DNA from: Candidatus Latescibacterota bacterium
GTDB lineage: Bacteria > Latescibacterota > UBA2968 > GCA-2709665
DNA: 64,000 bases
Assembly: GCA_965222075.1 (NCBI GenBank)
Contig: OZ244937.1
Span: forward strand, 2,752,001-2,816,000
Direction of reading: 5' to 3'
Shown: one piece after another, positions 17,624 through 27,482 of the stretch
How the letters are laid out: every line of letters begins with the position of its first letter
Numbering within the stretch: position 1 is the first letter of the stretch
The notes under the pieces: model-generated
What the model was told of the DNA's origin: nothing
The model's database searches: none
What the model saw: the letters and a program-made list of their open reading frames with translations, nothing else
Translations under genes and position numbers: made by a program

Positions 17624-20600
17624 CAGTAGTAAAAAATTGTCGAATCGGACAATTCTCGGCCAAAAACCGAGGCTTTTCTCCTGATTCGTGGCTCCGCCAC
17701 CGCGATTTCTAAAGCCTTACACCGCCCGCATTTATCCCCGTCCACAAGACGGACATTCTGCGAGATTTTCGTAAACATACAAGAACTAACATCTATGAAT
17801 CGTCTTTGCAATGATCCTTTATATATGGTCTTTTCATTACACTATTCCTCAGTTTTTGAGTTGCCGCTTTCTTGTCAGCCGGGGTAAAAGAGATCGCCCT
17901 TAATTGCCTTCGGCGGTTTGCGCATTTCGGCTGAGGCGGAGGGCATCTCGTCGGCTCGGAAGCAGTCGCTTGCGACGACGGCTTCGAGTAGCCGCGCCTG
18001 TTCGGGATAGGACTTCACCGTCGCCTCCAGAACCCAGAGCAAATCGAGTAGTTCCGTGGTGAACTGGCTGGTCCAGCGCACGGGGCGGATGTCGTCGAGG
18101 GGCGAGGATTTCCTGCCGGCCCCTTTTTTCATGCGGTACTTGAGCCAGGACTGCACGACCTTGAGGCCTGAAACATCGAACTCGTAGACCTCAGGTGCGA
18201 CGGGTGCAAACTCGCCCTCGCCGACGCGGAGTGTCTGGGGCGCGTCGCTGTAGTAGAACGCTTTGGGGTAGCTGTCGGCATCGCCGAGGACGGCCTTGAT
18301 ACACTTGGCCGCACCGGGCGGAACACGACCGCGCGTCTGTCCCGTGGGGACGAAACGCTCGCCGTAGGTATGCAGCCACAGCAACCGCGCACCCGCCTTA
18401 CGGACCTGCTCGAACAGCGTCGCGTCCTTTGTGAGGGGCACGCGCAGTTGGCGTGTTTCCAGCTCAGTCTCAAACCGCGCAGTGAAGTCCGGTTGCGCCA
18501 ACACGCCGTAGATGTAGGCGAGCAAATCTTCGGGCGTGACGTCGCGCTGGTAGGCCGCGCCAAGGACTTCGAGCAGGCCAGGGGTAATGTTCGCTTGCGA
18601 GATGTCGGCGGTGCGGTAGAGGGGAATCGTGTCTTTTGCACCGCGGCCTGAAAAATAGTGAAGATCGGGGATCGTCGCACAAGTTGTAAGCGCTGGCCCG
18701 ATACCCAGAGCTTGAGAGAACAAGCTTGTCAGATACACCTGCTGTTCGCCGTGGGCGCGCCAGAGGTCGGGGCGCGGACGGGACATTAAGCGACCGTCCA
18801 CGATGATGTAGTGGCGGTCAAAAGATCGATAAGCATATCGTTGCACTTCTGGTATGGGAGTGTTTTTTGGCAGTTTGGAAATCGGTGTCGAATCGTTCTT
18901 CTTGTCAGTCAAGACAACCCGATATGTGCCATGAACCTCACGGTCACCCGTTCCACGAAATGCCTCTGATCTATCCCCGGCATTTAGCAGACTGCGCCAA
19001 CGATGCTCCAGTGTTTCCGTATCCGGTGCAATCGGCCACGTTCGTTTCAACTGAACACCCGAGTGCTGCCACGGCATCAGATCAGTCAGTAACGGCCAGA
19101 CGAAGTAATCTCCTTCGCCCGCCGGGCGAAACGGAGCTTGCCATTTATCCGGGCAATCCTGCCATTCCACTTCCGCAAAGCCACCGACAGCGTCGAGCAC
19201 GGAGAGCTTCTTTTCCCGTGTCCCCTCAACCCGGGCATGGTGGACTTGTGCGGGCTTGTCTCTCGCCGCCTTCTTCGAGCGGAAAGCCACGGCAATGGCG
19301 ACAGGTGTCTGGATCGCGAAGACGTTGTCGCTTTTGCGCGTGCCGCGTCCCTCGCCGCCGAGGTCGAGGATCCAGATTTCGTCGCAGACGCGGCGCATGT
19401 GTTCACGCATCCCGGCGAAAGCGTCGCCGTCGAGGTAGCTCGACGCACTGATGAAACTGACGATGCCGGGGCCTTTGGCTGTGTCGTGCTCGAAGACTTT
19501 CCACAGCGCCCAGCGCCAGAAATAGACGTAGAGGTTGTAAAGGTTCTTGACGTGGACACCGTGCCCGGCGGCGGTGGCGGGATTGAGGAAATCCTTCAGA
19601 ATGGCGAGTTGCTGTCTTCTTTCAAGTCTGGCCTTGGGAGTCTTGAGTTCCCTGTACCTGCCCTTTCTATTCTTGACCATATTGCTGGACAAAGGGTCAC
19701 CGAATCGAACCCATCCACCGTACTGAGAAAGATTGGCCTCGTTTTCCGTATCCACCGCATCGTGCCGGTCGTATGGGGGATTGCCCAGACAGACGATGAC
19801 CGGGACCGCGCTCTTGACTTTAAGCGCCCTGGCGTGCTGCTCGGCGATAGGTCGCAGAATGAACGGCAAGTGCGGAGGTTCGGCGTGGGGGCTTTCGAGG
19901 GTGTCGGTCAGGTAGATATGCGTACCATCAGCCGGCAGTATTGCGCCGTTATCGCGCAGGGCACGGCTGACGCGCAGTTCGCTCACCGCGTAAGGGCCGA
20001 CCAGCAGCTCGAAGCCGTACATATTTTGAGCCAGCGCGGTGGCCTGGCCGGCGACCGCTCCCGGCCCCTGCTCTGCTCTGACGCGGCCAAGGGCGTGTTC
20101 GATAACGCCGAGCAGATAGGTTCCGGTTCCCACGGCGGGATCGAGCGTGACGACGCCGGGGTCGGCGAAACCGAGCGGCTTCCCGAGACGGCGGACGAGC
20201 AAATCGTCGATCAGGCGCACCTGGGCACGGACGACCTCGACCGGGGTGTAGTAGGCCCCGGCGTCCTTGCGCAGCCCGGGATCGTAGACGGTAAGAAAGT
20301 CTTCGTAGAAATAGAGCCAGGGATCTTCGGGACCGGTGAGCGTGGTGGACGGCACGACATCGATCACGCGCAGCAGCAAGTCGAGGGAAGCGGCTATCTC
20401 GGCATACGCATTTGCATCCGTCAGAACTTGCAGCGCGCGCGACAGCAAGCTGTGCTGTGCGGCGAGGGCCTTTTGCGCGCTTTCAAGGGTGAGGGGATCG
20501 GCCCCCTCGCTGCGGCCCAGCAGCAGCGCGAAGGCCACGGTCTGAGCGTACGCGTCGGCGAACTGCTCGTCCGAGGCATCCGGGAAGAGCAGTTGCCGCC

Positions 20601-21478
20601 AGTCTCCCGCAAGCTGCACGAGAGGCGAAGCCAGATTTTTAAGCGCGTCCGTCACATCGTCGCGCAACATCCGGCACAGCGGAGCCAGCAGCACGGCGAA
20701 TCCCCTGAGGTCGATCTTGCCGTTGCGGTCCCTGGGAATGTCCGGTTCCCACGATAGGAAATTGCGCAACAGGCGTTCGACATCGTGGGCATCCTGGGAC
20801 GCGGCGGCCTTCCTGCCGTCAGCAGCTACATCGCCTGCCAGGCGAACGACCCTGTCTATCAGTTTGCCGTCACGGTAGAGCGCCCACTCGTTGCCGTCGG
20901 TGTAGAGGATATTGGGAATAGCCGAGAAGCGCTTGAACTGATCTCGGTTGTGGCCTCTGAAACGAGTGGCCGTTGCGCCGACGCCAGGGGCTTTGAGCTC
21001 AACATATCCGGCGAGCAGTTGGTTGAGATGAACGGCGTAATCCGGGCGGCCGAGATGGTCGGGCAGGGGTGTTTCGCCCGTGCAGACGACGTTCCAGCCA
21101 AGCGCACGGGCTGCATCGGTCATGAAGGTCTCGAACGGACTGCGCACCTGGTCTTCTGACTCGCCGGTGGTGATTTGCGTCATTTTGGCTGTCACCGAGG
21201 CGGCGAAGTGTTGCAACGCCGCGTAGATCGAGATGCTCTGGCTCATTTCATAAGCCCCTTCGACAGTTCCTGCCCTTGTGTCATAGACCTGGACCTTGTA
21301 CAGCTAACGCCTCGCATCATTGGAGCAAGGTAGAGTACTGCCGCTTCTGATTGCGCTTGCTTTTCCGGGAGTTTGATGCTATTTTTCCCATCACGGGCTC
21401 TTGGTCAAGTGGGTGAGAATTTTCGGGTAACCCAATTTAACCGGGTGCCCTTTTTCGTGCAACTCTTTTCTACTACTG
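17624..21478. repeat. Imperfect inverted repeats bounding the R-M gene
   Basis: CAGTAGTAAAAAA at 17624 and TTTTCTACTACTG ending at 21478 (12/13), each flanked externally by ATT. Confidence 0.4.
17875..21246 (-). CDS. Single-chain restriction-modification enzyme: nuclease, N6-adenine MTase and Type ISP-like C-terminal TRD, no helicase
   Basis: RPDYAV...GYVELK (PD-(D/E)xK), GAYYTPVEVV, LDPAVGTGTYL (motif I), GNPPY (motif IV), YAYRSFDR and RVPLT C-terminal motifs. Confidence 0.85.
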   Translation of the reverse strand: MSQSISIYAALQHFAASVTAKMTQITTGESEDQVRSPFETFMTDAARALGWNVVCTGETPLPDHLGRPDYAVHLNQLLAGYVELKAPGVGATATRFRGHNRDQFKRFSAIPNILYTDGNEWALYRDGKLIDRVVRLAGDVAADGRKAAASQDAHDVERLLRNFLSWEPDIPRDRNGKIDLRGFAVLLAPLCRMLRDDVTDALKNLASPLVQLAGDWRQLLFPDASDEQFADAYAQTVAFALLLGRSEGADPLTLESAQKALAAQHSLLSRALQVLTDANAYAEIAASLDLLLRVIDVVPSTTLTGPEDPWLYFYEDFLTVYDPGLRKDAGAYYTPVEVVRAQVRLIDDLLVRRLGKPLGFADPGVVTLDPAVGTGTYLLGVIEHALGRVRAEQGPGAVAGQATALAQNMYGFELLVGPYAVSELRVSRALRDNGAILPADGTHIYLTDTLESPHAEPPHLPFILRPIAEQHARALKVKSAVPVIVCLGNPPYDRHDAVDTENEANLSQYGGWVRFGDPLSSNMVKNRKGRYRELKTPKARLERRQQLAILKDFLNPATAAGHGVHVKNLYNLYVYFWRWALWKVFEHDTAKGPGIVSFISASSYLDGDAFAGMREHMRRVCDEIWILDLGGEGRGTRKSDNVFAIQTPVAIAVAFRSKKAARDKPAQVHHARVEGTREKKLSVLDAVGGFAEVEWQDCPDKWQAPFRPAGEGDYFVWPLLTDLMPWQHSGVQLKRTWPIAPDTETLEHRWRSLLNAGDRSEAFRGTGDREVHGTYRVVLTDKKNDSTPISKLPKNTPIPEVQRYAYRSFDRHYIIVDGRLMSRPRPDLWRAHGEQQVYLTSLFSQALGIGPALTTCATIPDLHYFSGRGAKDTIPLYRTADISQANITPGLLEVLGAAYQRDVTPEDLLAYIYGVLAQPDFTARFETELETRQLRVPLTKDATLFEQVRKAGARLLWLHTYGERFVPTGQTRGRVPPGAAKCIKAVLGDADSYPKAFYYSDAPQTLRVGEGEFAPVAPEVYEFDVSGLKVVQSWLKYRMKKGAGRKSSPLDDIRPVRWTSQFTTELLDLLWVLEATVKSYPEQARLLEAVVASDCFRADEMPSASAEMRKPPKAIKGDLFYPG

Positions 21479-21523
21479 ATTCGTGCAACAAAGCCACCAT
21501 TAACGCTCAAACTCAGGTTTGAC

Positions 21524-22267
21524 ATGAAAATCGCACACATCTCCGACTTTCACCTGCGCCACCACCTCCCCGGCACCTCCGAACTTCCCCAGCGCCTCAG
21601 CCGGCAGATGCCCGACCTCCTCGTCGAGGCCGTCGAACACATCCGCGCCGGGTCTCCCGACCTCGTCGCCGTCACCGGCGACCTGGTCGACTACCCGCTT
21701 GACTGCCTGCACGCCCCCGACACCGTCGCCCTGGGTGAAAAGGACCTGAGCCTCGTCCGGGAGATCTTCAGCCCCCTCTCGGTTCCGGTCGCCTTCCTCT
21801 ACGGCAACCACGACCACCCCGACGCCTTCCGAAAAATCTTCGGACGTCTTCCCTTAGACTTCGACGTGGCCGGCCACCGCATCCTCCTCTTCTTCGACAA
21901 CGAAGCCCAGGACCACTTCCCCGAGCGTATCGGGGAGGAACGGGAACGCTTCCTCGCCGCGCTTTCAGACGACGACCCCAGGCCCCAGATCCACCTTCAG
22001 CACTACCTGATCGCCCCCGAGCACAACGGGGGCTACCCCTACGCCTACCGGGACGCCGGAAGCCTCAAAGCGGTCCTGCTGAAAGATCCCCGCGTGCGGC
22101 TCGTCCTCAGCGGACACTACCACAGGGGGGAGCCCCTCTTCAGGGAGGGCGGCGTCTACTTCAGCACCGCGTCCGCCTTTGGCGAACCCCCTCATCCCTA
22201 CCGGGTCTACACCCTCACAGCGGAAAGCATCGCCCAGACCGAACGGAGCCTGCGCCCCCCGGCGTAG
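21524..22267 (+). CDS. Metallophosphoesterase (Icc/CpdA-like)
   Basis: ISDFH, TGDLVD, GNHD and SGHYH motifs. Confidence 0.85.
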   Translation: MKIAHISDFHLRHHLPGTSELPQRLSRQMPDLLVEAVEHIRAGSPDLVAVTGDLVDYPLDCLHAPDTVALGEKDLSLVREIFSPLSVPVAFLYGNHDHPDAFRKIFGRLPLDFDVAGHRILLFFDNEAQDHFPERIGEERERFLAALSDDDPRPQIHLQHYLIAPEHNGGYPYAYRDAGSLKAVLLKDPRVRLVLSGHYHRGEPLFREGGVYFSTASAFGEPPHPYRVYTLTAESIAQTERSLRPPA

Positions 22268-22280
22268 AAAGGAGACCTCT

Positions 22281-22967
22281 TTGGACCGTCCGCGTCTCCC
22301 CCGACCGACGCTCAAGCGCAGCCCCCGCTTCACCCGGGGGCGCGTCACCCTTCTCCTCGCGGTCGCCGGGACCTTATCTGTCTTCCTCAGCCTGGTCCTG
22401 CTGCGCCTTTCCGGCGACCTCGACCGGGCGCTGGCGCCGTCCCCGGAAGACCTGCCCATGTCCGCCTTTTCCCCAGCCCTCCCGCAGGCCCTGAACGCCT
22501 TTGAAGATTCCCGATTTAGCCGTGCAGCGTCCGCCGTTGGCCTGGCGCAGGCCCTCGCCTCCCAACTCGTTCCAAACCAGAGGGGTGCAGCCGCAGCCTT
22601 CAGACGAACGGCCTTTGCGTTCCTCCTTAAGATTCGGTACTCCAGGGATGAAATCGTAACCCACTACCTCAACAGGGCCTGTCTGAGCAGCGCAGGCAAT
22701 ACGCCCATCTGCGGTTTCCAAAAAGCCGCTGACCTCTACTTCGGGACTCCGGTTGAAAATCTGAACCTGGGAGAAGCCCTCCTCCTTTGCGACCTCGCCT
22801 GGTTCCCAAAAAAGCCCGCCCTCCTGGGCGACCTCCCCGCCGCCCTGAAAACCCGCAACCGGCTCCTCGCCCGTCTGCGGGACATCGGACGCCTCTCCCG
22901 GGCAGAATATGAAACCGAGGTCGCCCGCCCCCTGTCCCCGGCTTCGGATCACCGGCCGATATGGTAG
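22281..22967 (+). CDS. Divergent monofunctional peptidoglycan transglycosylase (GT51)-like protein
   Basis: AAAGGAG then TTG 22281; TM anchor; AFEDSRF, YSRDEIVTHYLN, GFQKAADLYFG, LNLGEALLL. Confidence 0.6.
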   Translation: MDRPRLPRPTLKRSPRFTRGRVTLLLAVAGTLSVFLSLVLLRLSGDLDRALAPSPEDLPMSAFSPALPQALNAFEDSRFSRAASAVGLAQALASQLVPNQRGAAAAFRRTAFAFLLKIRYSRDEIVTHYLNRACLSSAGNTPICGFQKAADLYFGTPVENLNLGEALLLCDLAWFPKKPALLGDLPAALKTRNRLLARLRDIGRLSRAEYETEVARPLSPASDHRPIW

Positions 22968-23079
22968 GCGGAAAACCATCCCTACATCCGAAACAGGCAA
23001 CCCGCGGTCTCCCTGCCATACACACCCGCTCACGCATCTCGCCTCTGCGATCCCCCCACCGCATCAGCCGTCGCCTGGT

Positions 23080-23145
23080 GGGCAACCACAAGGGTTGCCC
23101 CTACAAATGCAACGGCGTGGACATCCACGAGGGGTGCCCACGCAA
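23080..23145. repeat. GTAG-type REP-like palindromes (one clear copy, one degenerate)
   Basis: GGGCAACC-ACAAG-GGTTGCCC-CTACA followed by GGACATCC-ACGAG-GGGTGCCC. Confidence 0.6.
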
Positions 23146-23196
23146 ATGCTGCGGGGGTGAAGGGGCTTTTCCGCGCGGTTCCGTCCAGCGCCACCG

Positions 23197-24236
23197 TCAT
23201 CTTGAAAACCTCACCCCCAGCTTCACGCACCGTTCCGGATGCTCGTCGATCATCCGGTAAGCCTCTGCCGAGTCTTCAAACGGCACGATCGGCGTCACCA
23301 GACCTTCCACGCTCACCCGCTTCGCCCGGAGCAACTCGAAAGCCACCTGCTTGATCCGCGCGCTGTCCCACATCGGGTGGTCCCGGTTGGGATCGGAAAT
23401 CGACCGGCTCGACCGCATCGTGATGCGGTTGATGTGCCACTCCTCACCCAGCCGCAGCCCCTCTGCCTCGCCCTGGTAGAACCCCAGGGGCACCACCAGC
23501 CCCCCCAGGTGCGTTGCCCGGATGGCCTGGTGCAGCGCCCGGTAGGATCCGCTCGCCTCGATCGCCACATCCACACCCTTCCCCGTCATCCGCTTGATTT
23601 CCAGCCCGGCGTCCACTGCCGTCGGATCAAGCGCATCGTCCGCGCCGTGCTGCAGGGCCAGTTCTCTCCGATTCGCAAGAGGGTCCACTGCAATCGCCTG
23701 AACCGCCCCCGACAGCTTAGCCATCTGCAGCACCATAAACCCGATCGCCCCCAGCCCGAAAAGCGCCACCACCTCTCCCAGGCGCACGTTCGCATCCCGA
23801 ACCGCTCCCAGCGCGAACTCCGCCGGATCCCAGTAGACCACCTGTTCTGGCGTCATCTCCTCCGGCATCGGATGCAGGCGTCCTTCTGGCACCGTATGTG
23901 TTTCCCGGATCGGCATATGCCCGAACACCCGGTCGCCTACCTTGAACTTTTCCACCTCCGGCCCAACTCCGGTCACCGTGCCCACGCTCATATTCCCAAG
24001 CCGCACCGGAAAGCCCTGGTGCTCGCCCTGGTGCAGGCAGGCACAAAAACCTGCAACTCCGGATCATACCGCCTCCCGCTGAAGGGCGACACCCCCCGAT
24101 AGCTTCCCGACTCTGTCCCGTGTTTGGGCGCGCTGAACTCGGTCACCACCCGCACCTCATTCCTGCCCAATGACGGCTCATCGTATTCTCGAATCACCGG
24201 CTGCCTCGGGCCAACCGCCACCAGTTCCCTCGGCAT
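23197..24236 (-). pseudogene. Medium-chain (zinc-binding family) dehydrogenase split by a frameshift near 24030
   Basis: N-part MPRELVAVGP...SAPKHGTE (24236-23988 frame) and C-part GNMSVG...GLGAIG (24006-23197 frame) are consecutive halves of one MDR. Confidence 0.75.
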
Positions 24237-24261
24237 CTTGTACCCCCTCCTTCCCTACACC

Positions 24262-24287
24262 GGGGCGCATCGCAATGCGCCCCTACA
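24262..24287. repeat. GTAG-type REP-like palindrome
   Basis: GGGGCGCAT-CGCA-ATGCGCCCC-TACA; overlaps the GNAT stop codon. Confidence 0.6.
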
Positions 24288-24798
24288 GGTATTTATAATA
24301 CGTAACATGCTCCCTGACAATGTCAAACCCCGCCTTCTCATACGCCCGCCGGGCGGGCGCGTGACCCTCGTCCATCCCGGTGGACACGGACGCATACGAA
24401 AGCCCCGCCTGCCGGAACAGATCCAGGACGTAGCCATACATCGCCGTTCCGATCCCCTTCCCCGCCAGCTGTGGCGCAACCCCATTGTTGCCAATGGTCC
24501 CCATCGCCCTCTCCTGATCGATCCGGAATGTAATAAAGGCAACCGCCTCGCCCGTCTCGACCGCCTCCACCACGCGGAACCAGTCCGGATGGCGCTCCCA
24601 GTGGCCGCACACCTGGGCCTCCTTGTCCGCCTCCCAGTTGGCGCAGAGCACGCCGTGCAGTTCCTCGCCCAGAATTTTCACAGCACTCTCATGAATTCGC
24701 ACCCACGCCTGCCGGGCGATCCGGCCCACCCGGTCCATATCGCGCCCGGTCGCCCGGCGGATGCGATAACCGGGAGCGATTGTTGGGTCCAACCCCAC
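24283..24798 (-). CDS. GNAT acetyltransferase
   Basis: GGAGG then GTG 24798; VAPQLAGKGIGT motif A, PARRAYEKAGF motif B. Confidence 0.85.
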   Translation of the reverse strand: MGLDPTIAPGYRIRRATGRDMDRVGRIARQAWVRIHESAVKILGEELHGVLCANWEADKEAQVCGHWERHPDWFRVVEAVETGEAVAFITFRIDQERAMGTIGNNGVAPQLAGKGIGTAMYGYVLDLFRQAGLSYASVSTGMDEGHAPARRAYEKAGFDIVREHVTYYKYL

Positions 24799-24913
24799 TT
24801 TATCAGCCCTCCAAATCCCAAAAGAAAAGGATTGACATTTCGAACAGAGTGAATATCTTAGCCGGAAATCAGACCGTTCATATCCATCGCCGGTTCGGAA
24901 GGAGCGCACCTCT

Positions 24914-25678
24914 ATGAAACTTGGAATCGTCACCTACCAGATCGCCAAAGACTGGGACGTGCCCACCCTCATCGACATGTGTCAGAAGATCGGCCTGCAG
25001 GGCGTTGAGCTCCGCACCACCCACGCCCACGGCGTCGAAATCGACCTCACCGCCGACCAGCGCCAGGGCGTCAAACAGCAGTTCGCCGACGCCGGAGTCG
25101 AAATCGTCGGACTTGGCAGCGCCTTTGAATACCACGCCGTCGAACCCGAAGTCGTCAAACAAAACGTCGACGGCACGGTCGAATACGCCAGGCTCGCCGC
25201 AGACCTGGGCTGTCCCGGCGTCAAAGTCCGCCCCAACGGCCTCCAGGTGGACAAGGGCGTCCCCGCTGAGAAAACCCTGGAACAGATCGGCCTGGCCTTA
25301 CGCGAGTGCGGGCAGACCGCCGCAGACTTAGGCGTTGAAATCCGCCTGGAAGTCCACGGCCGGGAAACCAGCAATCCCAAAAACATGCGCACCATTATCG
25401 ACCACGCCGACCACGACAACGTCTATATCTGCTGGAACTCCAACCCGGGAGAGACTATCGACGGCTCCGTCAAAGAGAACTTCGACCTCCTCAAACACAA
25501 ACTCAGCCTCGTTCACATCAACGAACTCCACAGGGCCGAATACCCCTGGCGGGAACTCTTCTCCCTCCTCAAGGCCGAAAACTACACCGGCTACACCCTT
25601 GCCGAAATCCCGGACAGCCCCGAACCCGAACGCCTGCTGCGCTACTACAAGGCCCTCTGGGAGGCCTACACGGCGTAG
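24914..25678 (+). CDS. Sugar phosphate isomerase/epimerase (xylose isomerase-like TIM barrel)
   Basis: GVELR, IRLEVHG, VHINE, YTGYTLAE; AAGGAG RBS. Confidence 0.85.
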   Translation: MKLGIVTYQIAKDWDVPTLIDMCQKIGLQGVELRTTHAHGVEIDLTADQRQGVKQQFADAGVEIVGLGSAFEYHAVEPEVVKQNVDGTVEYARLAADLGCPGVKVRPNGLQVDKGVPAEKTLEQIGLALRECGQTAADLGVEIRLEVHGRETSNPKNMRTIIDHADHDNVYICWNSNPGETIDGSVKENFDLLKHKLSLVHINELHRAEYPWRELFSLLKAENYTGYTLAEIPDSPEPERLLRYYKALWEAYTA

Positions 25679-25685
25679 CGCGTAA

Positions 25686-25873
25686 GAAGCTGTCTTAAAA
25701 CCCCCAGCGGTCTTCGCACGGCTGCAAAAGCGCCGGTCGGCGTTGGTCAAACCCACCCGTATCTTGAGGTCGAGGCTGCGCGCCCCTCGCCTCTCATAGG
25801 CGGGTTCTCCCGCCTGGACCGACACCTTTTCGCTCGCGCTCGGGAACCCCACCAGGAATTTTAAAACAGCTTC
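25686..25873. mobile_element. 188-bp MITE-like element
   Basis: TIRs GAAGCTGTCTTAAAA / TTTTAAAACAGCTTC (14/15) with TAA on both sides (25683-85, 25874-76); no ORF. Confidence 0.7.
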
Positions 25874-26004
25874 TAAGGTAATAGATGTGAGGGTGTAGAT
25901 CAAGCGTTCTTAAACCCGTTGTATTTCTTCCCATCCTTTCGTATGTTTTTCCTCTCAATCCGTCCGTATCCTTCCGTGTGCTTTGATCCACCAGAACCGA
26001 ACCT

Positions 26005-27381
26005 ATGCCCCGCAAAGCCCTCGTCGGCCTCATCCTCGCCATGCTCCTTCCTCTGGCCGTTCTCCTCTGCCCGGGCGACCTTTCCCTGCTATCCCGGCTG
26101 GCCCTTGCCATCTCCGCCTTCACCATTCTCTTTTGGACCTTCGAACCTGTACCCATCGAATACACCTCGCTCCTTATGCTCCTCCTCTTCCCCCTCCTCG
26201 GCGTCATCTCCTTCGAAACCACCTTCGCCGCCTTTTCCGGCAAAGCCGTCTGGCTGGTCTTCTCCGGCATGGCCTTAAGCCTGGCCATCACGGAGACCCC
26301 CCTGGGCGCCCGGCTTGCCCGTCTCGTCCTGGTCCGCATCGGGAGCTACGGCAAACTCCTCCTCAGCATCCACCTCCTCGGCGTCCTCTCGGCTCTCCTC
26401 ATCCCTTCGGGCGTCGTCCGCATCCTCATCCTCATGCCCATGATCATCAGCCTCCTCAAGGCCCTGGGGGAAAAACCCGGATCTCGCACCAGCGCAGCCC
26501 TGATCCTCTCCCTGGTGTGCTCGACCTACTACGGCGGCACGGGCGTCCTCACCGCCTCGGTCCCCAACATGGTCGTCTTCGGCGTAATGGAATCCCGCAA
26601 CATTCCCATCTTCTGGGGGGAATGGGGCCTCTACCTCTTCCCTGTTATCGGCCTCCTCCGTGTCGGCTGCTGCTATCTCCTGATCCGTCTCCTCCTGCCC
26701 GTCCGTCCACCTCCCGTGCTCGCAGCCATCCCGACAGATACACCCCAGATCCCGGCAGCCGTCACCCCTGCCGAAAAGAAAACCGTCGGCATCCTCCTGC
26801 TGGGCACCCTCTGCTGGGCGTCCGACGCCTTCCACGGCATTCATCCCGCCACCATCGGCCTCGCCCTGGTTCTCCTGTGCTACCTGCCCGGCTGGGGGCC
26901 CCTCTCGCCCGACCGGTTGAAGGGGGTCAACTTCCCCATCCTCATCTATATCGCCGCCGTCTTCGCCATGGGGTATGCCCTTGAAAAGACCGGCTTCAAC
27001 GCCCACCTGGCCGGCATCCTCACCGGTTGGCTCGATCTCTCAGAAGCCAACACCCTCTTCAAACTGGGCGCCATCACCTGCCTGACCGTCCCCTTCGACT
27101 TCCTGGCGGATACCGCAGCCATTGCCGGCGTCCTCACCCCCTTCCTCCTCGACTTCGGCGCCAGCATCGGCCTGCCGCCCCTGCCCACCGCCCTTAGCGT
27201 CGCGATCGGCACAAGCCTCGTCTGCATCCCCTACCAATCCGCCCCCTGGGTGCTCGCCTACAGTTTCCGCTACGTCCGCATGGGGCAGTTTATCCTCACC
27301 ATGACCCTCATCTCCACCCTCACACTTCTCCTCCTGCTCCCTCTCAACCTCCTCTACTGGCGCCTCATCGGCCTCTTCTAA
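26005..27381 (+). CDS. SLC13/DASS family anion:sodium symporter
   Basis: More than 11 TM segments; LLIPSGVVR, GVLTASVPN and IPYQSAP hairpin motifs. Confidence 0.85.
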   Translation: MPRKALVGLILAMLLPLAVLLCPGDLSLLSRLALAISAFTILFWTFEPVPIEYTSLLMLLLFPLLGVISFETTFAAFSGKAVWLVFSGMALSLAITETPLGARLARLVLVRIGSYGKLLLSIHLLGVLSALLIPSGVVRILILMPMIISLLKALGEKPGSRTSAALILSLVCSTYYGGTGVLTASVPNMVVFGVMESRNIPIFWGEWGLYLFPVIGLLRVGCCYLLIRLLLPVRPPPVLAAIPTDTPQIPAAVTPAEKKTVGILLLGTLCWASDAFHGIHPATIGLALVLLCYLPGWGPLSPDRLKGVNFPILIYIAAVFAMGYALEKTGFNAHLAGILTGWLDLSEANTLFKLGAITCLTVPFDFLADTAAIAGVLTPFLLDFGASIGLPPLPTALSVAIGTSLVCIPYQSAPWVLAYSFRYVRMGQFILTMTLISTLTLLLLLPLNLLYWRLIGLF

Positions 27382-27392
27382 AAGCTTAACCC

Positions 27393-27421
27393 TTGACAAT
27401 ATCGAACCGGCAGAGTACCAT
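27393..27421 (+). promoter_or_regulatory. Sigma70-type promoter
   Basis: TTGACA, 17 nt, TACCAT upstream of the IorA-like gene. Confidence 0.55.
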
Positions 27422-27482
27422 CTCATACCAGTACAAAATTGACGCTTGAGATAGAAACGCGACATCCAACAGGAGACCCCCC

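Noticed and set aside
19138-20757. Long antisense ORFs (also 5802..7043, 42647..43984, 55114..56307, 56359..57558)
   Set aside because: Shadows of high-GC genes on the opposite strand, with no motifs of their own.
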